From Acidimicrobiia bacterium UBA6912 (GTDB lineage: Bacteria > Actinomycetota > Acidimicrobiia > Spongiisociales > UBA5794): 43,436 bases of DNA. Positions 16,845-24,555 of the stretch are shown here, piece by piece. The translations under genes and the position numbers were made by a program. The stretch spans positions 1-43,436 of the forward strand of contig DKBA01000001.1 in the NCBI GenBank assembly GCA_002450985.1. Reading direction: 5' to 3'. Under the pieces are notes generated by a model. That model worked only from the letters and a program-made list of their open reading frames with translations, searched no databases and was not told where the DNA came from. Within the stretch, counting starts at the first letter, position 1. Each line of letters starts with the position of its first letter.

Positions 16845-16880
16845 CGCTGCGCGCACCGGTGCCAGGACGGTCCCTCCCGC

Positions 16881-18509
16881 TCAGGTCGTCTGCGACCCCT
16901 TGGCGCTCTTCTTGAAGCCGGTGGCCCTGCTGAGCACCTCGTACCAGAAGGACGCCCCCATCGCCAGGGCGGCGGCCGCCAAGACCCAGCCGAGCAGCTT
17001 CACCCCGGCGGCCCGCAGGCCACCACCCCCGGTGCCGAGCGCGTAGGACGCCTTCTCGAGGATCCCGTCGCAGGTGCCGTCGCACTCGGTGCCGACATCC
17101 CACCCGATCGGCAGCCCGATGTCGACGAGCTCGTCGATCGTGCCTTCGACACAGGTCAGCTTGTCCGGAGCGTCGCGGCACGCCTCCAGGTCGACGGTGG
17201 AGGTGTCGGCGACGGCGACGACGAGGCCGCGAACGTTCTCGTTCTGCCACAACTCCTGGGGGATGCCGATGGCGTCGACGTTGAAGGCGATGACGACCAG
17301 CAGACCGAGCCCGAAGGCGACGAACCGGCTCCGCTTGCGGTACCACGCCGAGAGCGCCCCCATCCGCGAGTCGTACCAGCCGCCCATCGAGTCGCGAAAC
17401 GCTTCGAGATTCGCCCAGGCGTCGTCGCCCATCCGCCGCGCCTCGGCGACGAGGCGTTCCGCGACGCGCTTCACGGGGGCGGAGTCCTCCAGGGCGTCGG
17501 CGCCGATGCGGACCAGGCTGAGCGGGTCCTGGTGGAAACCAAAGACGAGATCTCGTGCATCGGCGATACGATCCCGGACGGCGTCGAGATCCGATGGCGT
17601 GAGGTGCAGCGCGGCCGCCTTGCGCGCAACCGCGGATTCGACGCGAGCGACGACGGCCTCGTAGTCGGCACCCGTCGACGTGCCCGCCACCAGCATCTCC
17701 TCGATGTCGTCGAAGCCGGCGCCGATCGGATCCCATATGGTCTCCTTGGCGTCGTCGCCGAGCGGCAGCGCATCGATCGCCCGCCCCACCTCGGCGAGTC
17801 CGGCCTTGACGGCGGGCTCGACCCCGGCCGCATGCAACAGGTCGACGAGCGCACCCGAGAAGTCGCCCGTCGAGATGCCGCGCAACGAGCTCTGGAAGCC
17901 GGGCCAGGTCCTGTCGACTTGTCGGACGAGGGGGTGCTCGTTGACCGCGTCGGTGAGGGTCTTCGTGCCCCGGCGCACCGCAGCGGCGAGATCGCCGACC
18001 CGGGCGGCCGTCGGGAGCTCGGGCACGACGGGCCGCTCGCCGCCCCGGCGCCCGGCACGGACCAGCCCGAAGAGCGCCCGGCGACCGGTGCGGTTCTCGA
18101 GCCACAGCCGCCGGGTGGTGGTGGCGATCAGGGGCTCGACCTCGTCGGAGACGCCGTGCGAGACGGCGACTTCGCTCACCGAGGCGAGGGCGCCTCGGAC
18201 GGCACCGCGCCATTGATCCGCAGTCGCGCCCGTCGCCATGGCCTGCCGCAGCGCGGTCTCAGCGGTCGCGACGGCTGCCAGCAGGGCGTCGCCGGTCGCC
18301 GGGTCCTGCTCGGCGGCGAGGCCGCGCAGCTCTCGCATATCGCTCGCGATGGGGTCTTCGAGCAGGCCGCGCAACGACCGCCACAGCTCCTTCGACCGTG
18401 TCTCCATGACCTTGGCGACCAGCTCGCGCAACCCGGACGTGACGAGGCTGAACACGAGGAAGATCAGGGTGAGCGCGATGACGACATCGATGACCACGGA
18501 ATCCAGCAC
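16881..18509 (-). CDS. Hypothetical three-TM membrane protein with long helical cytoplasmic/extracytoplasmic region and Cys-rich loop (542 aa)
   Basis: TM candidates VLDSVVIDVVIALTLIFLVFSLV, FVAFGLGLLVVIAFNV, LLGWVLAAAALAMGASFWYEVL. Loop with C-x8-C and C-x3-C. Start moved to GTG 18509 because a perfect AGGAGG lies 6 nt upstream, inside the track ORF's first codons. No family recognised. Confidence 0.7.
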   Translation of the reverse strand: MLDSVVIDVVIALTLIFLVFSLVTSGLRELVAKVMETRSKELWRSLRGLLEDPIASDMRELRGLAAEQDPATGDALLAAVATAETALRQAMATGATADQWRGAVRGALASVSEVAVSHGVSDEVEPLIATTTRRLWLENRTGRRALFGLVRAGRRGGERPVVPELPTAARVGDLAAAVRRGTKTLTDAVNEHPLVRQVDRTWPGFQSSLRGISTGDFSGALVDLLHAAGVEPAVKAGLAEVGRAIDALPLGDDAKETIWDPIGAGFDDIEEMLVAGTSTGADYEAVVARVESAVARKAAALHLTPSDLDAVRDRIADARDLVFGFHQDPLSLVRIGADALEDSAPVKRVAERLVAEARRMGDDAWANLEAFRDSMGGWYDSRMGALSAWYRKRSRFVAFGLGLLVVIAFNVDAIGIPQELWQNENVRGLVVAVADTSTVDLEACRDAPDKLTCVEGTIDELVDIGLPIGWDVGTECDGTCDGILEKASYALGTGGGGLRAAGVKLLGWVLAAAALAMGASFWYEVLSRATGFKKSAKGSQTT

Positions 18510-18671
18510 GCCGTTCCTCCTCACCCTGTGGCAACGGGGAACCTACCCGAAGGGCGCCCCCGCGTGTCGACCACCCGGTCGATTCGGGGGAGTGACCATC
18601 GGCCCTTTCATCGAGCGGTACGGGGGGTTACGACGGAGATGACATCACTCCCATCCAGAAGGAGGAGCGCG

Positions 18672-19115
18672 ATGGCCATCATGCGATGGACGCCCTTCGG
18701 CGCCCTCGGCTCGCTCGAGCGGGAGATGCAGGACTTCTTCGATCGTTTCACCCCGTGGCGCGGGGAGGGCGCCCTCGTACCGGCAACCGACGTGTATCGG
18801 GACAACGGCACGCTCGTGGTGCGCACGGAGCTGCCCGGGGTCGATCCGGCGGGGATCGAGGTCGAGGTCCAGGGATCGATCCTGCACATCCGCGGTGAGA
18901 AACGTCACGAGAGGGAGATCGACGAGGCCGACCGCTACCTGTACGAGTGCCGGTACGGACGGTTCGAGCGCGACATTCCCTTGCCGGAAGGCGTGGACGC
19001 CGACGCCGTCGAGGCTTCGTTCGCGCATGGCGTCCTCACGGTTCGCGTCGCGGTGCCTCAGACCGAGGAGGCCGCGCCGAGGACGATCAAGGTGGAGGTG
19101 ACGGGGGCCTCGTGA
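18672..19115 (+). CDS. Hsp20/alpha-crystallin small heat-shock protein (147 aa)
   Basis: PATDVYRDNGTLVVRTELPGVDPAGIEVEVQGSILHIRGEK...GRFERDIPLPEGVDADAVEASFAHGVLTVRV. AAGGAGGAG SD upstream of ATG 18672. The rest of track ORF 17532..19115 is antisense to the membrane gene. Confidence 0.9.
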   Translation: MAIMRWTPFGALGSLEREMQDFFDRFTPWRGEGALVPATDVYRDNGTLVVRTELPGVDPAGIEVEVQGSILHIRGEKRHEREIDEADRYLYECRYGRFERDIPLPEGVDADAVEASFAHGVLTVRVAVPQTEEAAPRTIKVEVTGAS

Positions 19116-20032
19116 GCAGGCTGGTGCTCATTGGAGCGGGCCCCATCGGTATCGATGCGGCACGGGAATGCGTTGCGCTGGGGGTTGCGGACGCAGTGGC
19201 GGCCGTGGCCGACACGGACTCTGCAGCCCGGGCGGCCGCCTCCGAGGCGTTCGGGTGCCCGGTGGTCGCCGACGCCGCCGATCTCCCGAGGCTCGACACG
19301 ACGGGCGTCGCCCTGCTCGCCTTCTCCTCATCGGCCGAGGCGACGGCCGCCGTCGCCTCAGCGATGCTGGAGCGAGAGTGGCACGTCGTCACGACCTGCG
19401 AGGAGCTGAGCGACCCGTCACGACCCGAGTGTGATCGGCTCGATCGCGCGGCGCGCCTCGTGCGACGGGCCGTGGTCGCCACGGGCGCCAACCCCGGGTT
19501 CGCCATGGACGGGTTTCCGCTTGCGATTGCCCGGGGCTCGGTCGACATCTCCGCCGTGAGGGTGACTCGCCGTGTGGACACGTCGACACGGCGGGAGCAG
19601 CTCGTCGCCAAGACGGGCCGGGGCTGCACCGAGACGGCGTTTCGGTCGCAGGCGGCCCGTGGCGAGCTCGGCCACGTCGGGCTGGGGGCGAGTGCCCGGC
19701 TGCTCGCAGCCGGGCTCGGCTGGCGACTGGGCGAGCTCGACGAGCTGATCGAACCGGTGCTCGCCGGCGATGACTCGGTGGCCGGCCTCCACCAACGGGT
19801 GAAGGGTTCCGATGCCTCTGGCCGGATGGTCAGCCTCGATCTCGTCATGGCCTGGGAACTGGGCGGCACGGTGGACCGGGTCGAGATCGAAGGGTTCCCT
19901 TCCCTCGTTGCCGAGATCGTCGGCGGCTACCCCGGGGACGTGGGCACGACCGCCCGGGTCGTCAGGGCGGTCGGCGCGTGTCACACCCTGGAACCCGGTC
20001 TCCATCTCGCGGGTGGTGGTCTCATCCCTTGA
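19112..20032 (+). CDS. DapB-N-like NAD(P)-binding dehydrogenase (dihydrodipicolinate-reductase / amine-dehydrogenase-like family) (306 aa)
   Basis: VSRLVLIGAGPIGIDAAREC Rossmann start and TGANPGFAMD motif. GTG 19112 overlaps the hsp20 stop (GTGA). The family call is from memory of DapB-like proteins and the function is unknown. Confidence 0.6.
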   Translation: MSRLVLIGAGPIGIDAARECVALGVADAVAAVADTDSAARAAASEAFGCPVVADAADLPRLDTTGVALLAFSSSAEATAAVASAMLEREWHVVTTCEELSDPSRPECDRLDRAARLVRRAVVATGANPGFAMDGFPLAIARGSVDISAVRVTRRVDTSTRREQLVAKTGRGCTETAFRSQAARGELGHVGLGASARLLAAGLGWRLGELDELIEPVLAGDDSVAGLHQRVKGSDASGRMVSLDLVMAWELGGTVDRVEIEGFPSLVAEIVGGYPGDVGTTARVVRAVGACHTLEPGLHLAGGGLIP

Positions 20033-20618
20033 CCTCGTGGGGAACGCTCGCGCCGCGGTGGCGAGAGCGTCGCTGCGTCGTTGCCAGCGAGGTCACCGCC
20101 AGCGTGAGGGCAGCGGCGCTCGACACGTGCCACGCGGCGTGGGCCTGGAGCGGCGAGTCCGGGTCACACCAGGGGCCGTCGGTCGAGCCGAGCGTGGCGG
20201 CGGCGCCCGTCGCCACCGCCACGAGGACGATGGCGGCGAGGCGAACGCGGGCTTCGGGAAGCCGGCCGAGGCGCACGACGAAGGCGGCGGCGGCGGTGGC
20301 GCCCGCGAGGGCGAGCACGGGGCCGCTCGTGGCGGGAGCGATCCCCAGCGCGGCGATGCCGGCGCCGGCGCCCACGAGCCACCACCATCGGGAGAACAGC
20401 CCCGGTGCGCTCCACCATGCCAGGAACCCGAGCAGCGCACCGATCGTGGCGTCGTGAGCGAACTGGGCACCGGGTGGGGCCGGACCGTGATAGAGCGAGC
20501 TGCCGACGCCCACGGCGACGAGAAGGCCGCCGGCGACGGCGACCCGGCCACTGTCGGGGAGCCGGCGGCGCAGCACCACGAGGACGAGTCCTGCCACCAC
20601 GTAGGCGAGGCTCGACAC
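20022..20618 (-). CDS. Hypothetical polytopic membrane protein (198 aa)
   Basis: About six hydrophobic segments. Conserved-looking His/Asp (SSLYHG, FAHDAT, AHAAWH) is faintly reminiscent of ceramidase/PAQR-type proteins. GTG start without a clear SD. 11-nt convergent overlap with the preceding gene. Confidence 0.5.
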   Translation of the reverse strand: MSSLAYVVAGLVLVVLRRRLPDSGRVAVAGGLLVAVGVGSSLYHGPAPPGAQFAHDATIGALLGFLAWWSAPGLFSRWWWLVGAGAGIAALGIAPATSGPVLALAGATAAAAFVVRLGRLPEARVRLAAIVLVAVATGAAATLGSTDGPWCDPDSPLQAHAAWHVSSAAALTLAVTSLATTQRRSRHRGASVPHEVKG

Positions 20619-20712
20619 GGCGTTGCCCGGCTGGGCGAGAATCCCGGAGCGAATCGTCTCGCAGTCCCCGGCGCCCAGTCCCGATGAGGCGAGCCAGCCC
20701 AGGACCGGCGTG

Positions 20713-21084
20713 TCAGGCGGGATTCTCGGCCTCGTAGATGCAGAACTCGTTGCCCTCCGGGTCGCGCATCACCGTCCACGACGGGTAGTCGCCCTCTTGG
20801 TGCTCGCCGACGACGGCGCCGCCGAGGTCGACCACGCGGGCGGTGAACGCCGACCGGTCGGGTACCCGGATGTCGAGGTGGAGCCGGTTCTTGCCGGTCT
20901 TCGCCTCTGGCACGAGTTGGAAGGCGAGATGGGGGCCGCCATCGCTCATCGGGCTCAGGTAGACGTACCGCTCGTCGCGATGGAGCACGTCGAGCCCGAG
21001 AAGCTCCGTCCAGAACGCCACGGCGCCGTCGAGATCGCTCGTGTCGTGCATGACGGCGGTGACCGCCCCGAACGGGCCGCTCAT
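20713..21084 (-). CDS. VOC/glyoxalase-bleomycin-resistance-fold protein (123 aa)
   Basis: AVAFWTELLGLDVLHRDERYVYL...HLAFQLV...NRLHLDIRV...MRDPEGNEFCI. ATG 21084 overlaps the stop of the upstream gene (ATGA at 21081-21084). Confidence 0.8.
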   Translation of the reverse strand: MSGPFGAVTAVMHDTSDLDGAVAFWTELLGLDVLHRDERYVYLSPMSDGGPHLAFQLVPEAKTGKNRLHLDIRVPDRSAFTARVVDLGGAVVGEHQEGDYPSWTVMRDPEGNEFCIYEAENPA

Positions 21085-21656
21085 TGCATGTCGTGGGAGG
21101 CGGCGCGGGCGGCTTCGCGCAGGTGCCTCAGCGCCTCGCGGCTCCGCTCTCGCAACGACCCGAAGCCCTCGTCGGCGGAGTCCTTCGCCTGCTCGAGGTG
21201 AGGTCGGGCCGCGTCGAATGCGTGTTCCAAGTCCGTCAGGGCGTCTCGAGCCTCCATCTCGCCGAGCTTCGCCTGAAGACGCATCTGGTCCACGTAGCCT
21301 CGCCACGAATCGAGCTGGCGCTGCGTCGCCGCCTTGTAGGTGTCGACGTCGTTGGCGACCTCGGCTTCGAGATCGGCCCAGGCCGCTTGGAGCTCGGTCT
21401 CGAAACGCTCGAAGGCGCGGATCGCGCGCTCGGCGACATTCCGCCACTCCTCGCCGGCGGTTTCGGACAGGCGATGCGCCGATGCGATGACGGCGTCTCG
21501 GTCGTCCTTGAGCTCGGCGATGACGGCGGCGAAGTGTCCCTTTGATTCACCGTCCCAGAGATCGACCTGCGCCTCGAACTCGGCGATGTGATCGTTGAGC
21601 TTGCCGATGCGCTCCTCGAGCTCCTCGGGGGACGGGGCAGCGGTTGCGTCGGTCAT
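21081..21656 (-). CDS. Acidic all-helical hypothetical protein (191 aa)
   Basis: No TM segments and no Cys. Heptad-like helical sequence with Trp at 34, 71, 93 and 118. GGAGG SD upstream of ATG 21656. No family recognised. Confidence 0.7.
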   Translation of the reverse strand: MTDATAAPSPEELEERIGKLNDHIAEFEAQVDLWDGESKGHFAAVIAELKDDRDAVIASAHRLSETAGEEWRNVAERAIRAFERFETELQAAWADLEAEVANDVDTYKAATQRQLDSWRGYVDQMRLQAKLGEMEARDALTDLEHAFDAARPHLEQAKDSADEGFGSLRERSREALRHLREAARAASHDMQ

Positions 21657-21749
21657 GGTTCCTCCATCGGGGCGGCGCCCCGGCCGGGTGATCGCTCCGA
21701 AAACTATCGCATCGGGGACGGCGGCGGCGATAGGGGCGAAGGGCTCGCC

Positions 21750-22394
21750 TCAGAATGCGGCTAGGGAAGCCACGAGGAGGCCCTGGCCGAGATGGTACGT
21801 GACGATGACCGCGAGTCGTCCGCGCCGCGTCGGTGCGACGAAACGGTTCCAGGCGAGGAGGGCATCGCTCGCGTAGAACAGCACCGCCCCGGCGATGGCG
21901 ATGGCGACGCCGGTGCCGGCGGCGGTCGCCACCATGGCGGAGATCACCACCATGTAGACCACCACCGGGGCGAAGAGCGCTCCGTCGGTGCGGCGAACGG
22001 TGGAAGTGATGCGGCGTCCCAGCGTTGCTGCGCCTCCGGCCACGACCGCGACACCGGCCGCCAGCGGAACGGCCGACACCAGAGAGGTCGCGGCGAGACC
22101 GGCGACATACCCCACGTGGGCGACCAGGAACGATGCCAGCCCGGCGACGAAACGCTCCCGCTCGAGCATCAGGAACACGTCGCCGGCGAGGCTGAAGATG
22201 AGGGCGAGCACGAACAGGGCGCTGGTCCACGAGTTCCCGCCGGGGTCGATCGCCAGGGCGGCACCGATGAGCCAGACCATGACTCCCGGTTTGGCGACGT
22301 ACTCGACGCGGCGTCGTCTGGCGGCGACCGCCCACCAATCGACGACGGCCGTCGCCGCAGCGAGCCCGAAGAAGACCCAGGCAGCGGTGGTCAC
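21750..22394 (-). CDS. YhhN-family (lysoplasmalogenase-like) membrane protein (214 aa)
   Basis: Multi-TM protein with FSLAGDVFLM and LFYASDALLAW, typical of YhhN. GTG 22394 overlaps the M20 stop (GTGA). The remainder of track ORF 21750..22844 is off-frame. Confidence 0.75.
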   Translation of the reverse strand: MTTAAWVFFGLAAATAVVDWWAVAARRRRVEYVAKPGVMVWLIGAALAIDPGGNSWTSALFVLALIFSLAGDVFLMLERERFVAGLASFLVAHVGYVAGLAATSLVSAVPLAAGVAVVAGGAATLGRRITSTVRRTDGALFAPVVVYMVVISAMVATAAGTGVAIAIAGAVLFYASDALLAWNRFVAPTRRGRLAVIVTYHLGQGLLVASLAAF

Positions 22395-23674
22395 GAGCCC
22401 ACCGCCGGCAGCGCCGAGAAACGAAGGATGAGGAGGGCCAGGGTGCGGGCGACGTCGAGCAGGTCGGAGACCGGAACGAACTCGTCCGCACGATGGGCGA
22501 TGCGGGCGTCGCCGGGGCCGTAGAGCACGCTCGGGATGGCGCCGCGGTTCACGAGCAGGCGTAGGTCGGAGCCGTACGGAACGCCGGTGACGGCTGGGAC
22601 TGCTCCGGTGACGGCCTCGTGAGCGGCGGCTACGGCGCCGATGATGGGGGCGCCGCCCTCCGTTGCGGCGGGGTGGAACTGGCCACCCCACCACTCCACG
22701 CGCACCGGGTTGGCGGCCAGCCACGCATCGTCGATGGCGGCGACCGCTTCCTCGAATGCCCGGCGGGCCTCCGCCACGCTCTCGGCGGGACCAACCCCGT
22801 AGCGTCCCTCGGCGACCAGCGTGTCCGGCACCGTCGATGACCATTCGCCGGCGCGCAGGGTGCCGATGGACAGGGCGAGCGGGATCGTGTAGGCCGCGAA
22901 GAGGGGATCGGCGAAGGCGGCATTGCGGCGCGACTCCAGAGCGCGCAACCCAGCGTGGACCATCTCGAACTTCTCGATGGCGCTCACCCCTTCATTGCGG
23001 ACGGCCCCGTGAGCGGGTGCGCCGCTCACGGTCAGCCGGAAGCCGAGGGCTCCGGCCTGACTCGGTGACACCTCGCCGTTCGTCGGCTCCACGACGACGG
23101 CGGCATCGGCCGTGTGGCCGCGGCGCAGCATGGCGAGCGTACCGGCGCCACCGTCCTCCTCGCCGACGACCGACGCCACGAGGGTGTGGGTGCGAGGGCT
23201 CACGCCGGCATTCCGCACGGCGCGGACGGCGGCCAGCGCACACACGAGACCGCCCTTCATGTCGGCGGTCCCCCTCCCGTACACGCGACCGTTGCGCAGC
23301 GTCGCCGCCCACGGCGGCGTCGACCACAATCCGGCATCGCCGACCGGCACCACGTCGCTGTGCCCGTTGAGCATGAGTGTGGGACCGTCGCCTCCCCAGC
23401 TGCCGACCACGCCGAGCGCCTCGTCACGCTCCACCTCGGCCGAGTAATCCGTGTCCGTGCCCAGCGCAGCCATGTCGATGTCCCAGACGTCGACGTCGAG
23501 TCCCATCGCCGCCATCTCGGCGGCGAGTCGCTCCTGGGCGGGCGTCTCGGCGTCACCGACGCTGGGGATGGCGACGAGGTCGGCGAGCAGCCCGAGCATC
23601 CAGTCGCGGTCGACGGCGTCGAGCACGCTCCGCTCGACCGGCGTCAGCCCCGCAGCACCGGCCGGGTGAGACAC
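22391..23674 (-). CDS. M20-family metallohydrolase (ArgE/DapE/acetylornithine-deacetylase-like) (427 aa)
   Basis: LMLNGHSDVVPVG, GRGTADMKGG, VVGEEDGGAG, SGAPAHGAV. Start GTG 23674 is supported by GGGAGG 6 nt upstream and gives a 31-nt overlap with the DDAH-like gene. ATG 23599 is the alternative. Confidence 0.85.
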   Translation of the reverse strand: MSHPAGAAGLTPVERSVLDAVDRDWMLGLLADLVAIPSVGDAETPAQERLAAEMAAMGLDVDVWDIDMAALGTDTDYSAEVERDEALGVVGSWGGDGPTLMLNGHSDVVPVGDAGLWSTPPWAATLRNGRVYGRGTADMKGGLVCALAAVRAVRNAGVSPRTHTLVASVVGEEDGGAGTLAMLRRGHTADAAVVVEPTNGEVSPSQAGALGFRLTVSGAPAHGAVRNEGVSAIEKFEMVHAGLRALESRRNAAFADPLFAAYTIPLALSIGTLRAGEWSSTVPDTLVAEGRYGVGPAESVAEARRAFEEAVAAIDDAWLAANPVRVEWWGGQFHPAATEGGAPIIGAVAAAHEAVTGAVPAVTGVPYGSDLRLLVNRGAIPSVLYGPGDARIAHRADEFVPVSDLLDVARTLALLILRFSALPAVGS

Positions 23675-24501
23675 GTCGCACCTCCCTCGCAGGTGAGCGT
23701 GATCTCGTTGCCTCGGTAGGTGCGCACGGTGCACCCTGCGGCTTCGAGTGCGGCTTGGGTGCGGGGGTTCCCTTCCAGCATGATGCAGCGGCCGGGCGCC
23801 GTTGCCAGGACGTTGGTGCCGTGGGTCGCCATCTCCTCTGGGGGAACCTCGATCAGCCGGTAGCCGCGCTCGGTGAGCAGCTCGTAGAAGGGCACCGGGA
23901 GCAGCGGCAGGTGCACGACGGCGAGATCGTGGTCGACAACGCTGATGAGCGACATGAGGTGCAGGCAGGCGGCGGCGCCTTGCCCGTAGGGGAGAGGCAC
24001 CGGGATGAGCTCGACATCGGGAAGCAGCGACCTGAGCTGGTCGAGGGCCACGCCGTTGGTGCGAAAGCCCAGCCCGACCGCCAGCGTGTCCGGTCCGAGC
24101 CACAACAGATCGCCGCCCTCGGCGATGGCCGGCTCGGTCAGCCGGCCGGCGATCGGCACACCGTGAGCCTCGAGCGTGGCGGCCAGCGCTTCCTCCTCGC
24201 CGCGACGTAGCTCTTTACCCATCCGCAGCACGATGGTGCCGGCGTCGGTGACCAGCACCGGGTCGTGGGTGAAGATGGCATCGGCCAGCCCGTCGAGTGG
24301 AGCATCGTGAGAGATGATCTCGGCGCCGTCCTCCTCGAGCAGCCGAACCAGCGCGGCGTGCTCGGCCTGCGCAGCGGCGAGGTCGGGGGTGCCTGCGTAG
24401 TGCCACTCAACCGGGTCGGCCGCACTCAGGCTTGCGTCGGGGCGCCGTATGGCCACGCGGCGCAACGGCTCGATCATGCTCTGTGCGCCGTAGACGCGCA
24501 T
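23644..24501 (-). CDS. Amidinotransferase-fold enzyme, dimethylarginine dimethylaminohydrolase (DDAH)/arginine-deiminase-like (285 aa)
   Basis: FTHDPVLV, GGDLLWLG, CLHLMSLIS, C-terminal EGGATCLTRPV (candidate catalytic Cys). GGGAGG SD upstream of ATG 24501. Confidence 0.8.
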   Translation of the reverse strand: MRVYGAQSMIEPLRRVAIRRPDASLSAADPVEWHYAGTPDLAAAQAEHAALVRLLEEDGAEIISHDAPLDGLADAIFTHDPVLVTDAGTIVLRMGKELRRGEEEALAATLEAHGVPIAGRLTEPAIAEGGDLLWLGPDTLAVGLGFRTNGVALDQLRSLLPDVELIPVPLPYGQGAAACLHLMSLISVVDHDLAVVHLPLLPVPFYELLTERGYRLIEVPPEEMATHGTNVLATAPGRCIMLEGNPRTQAALEAAGCTVRTYRGNEITLTCEGGATCLTRPVLRG

Positions 24502-24555
24502 CGGGGGCCTCCCTGGAGAAGACCCCCGATGCTATCGACTGACGTCAGGTGGGGC

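Noticed and set aside
14343-16856. 837-aa minus-strand ORF, the longest in this part of the track
   Set aside because: It is antisense to two well-supported plus-strand genes (GH13 glucosidase and DRGH nuclease). Its translation is R/P/G/A-dominated with no recognisable motif. This is a typical shadow ORF of high-GC DNA, where the antisense frame shares GC-rich third positions.
16853-16862. Perfect 10-bp palindrome GCACCGGTGC in the 36-bp convergent gap between the nuclease and the membrane-protein gene, considered as a bidirectional terminator
   Set aside because: The palindrome has no loop, so as RNA it would form at most a 3-bp stem. There is no extension of pairing and no U-tract. It could equally be a chance restriction-site-like palindrome.
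18510-18671. Heat-shock operator (CIRCE or HAIR) upstream of hsp20
   Set aside because: Scanning by eye found neither TTAGCACTC-N9-GAGTGCTAA nor CTTGAGT-N7-ACTCAAG, nor any convincing inverted repeat. Only weak imperfect repeats are present.
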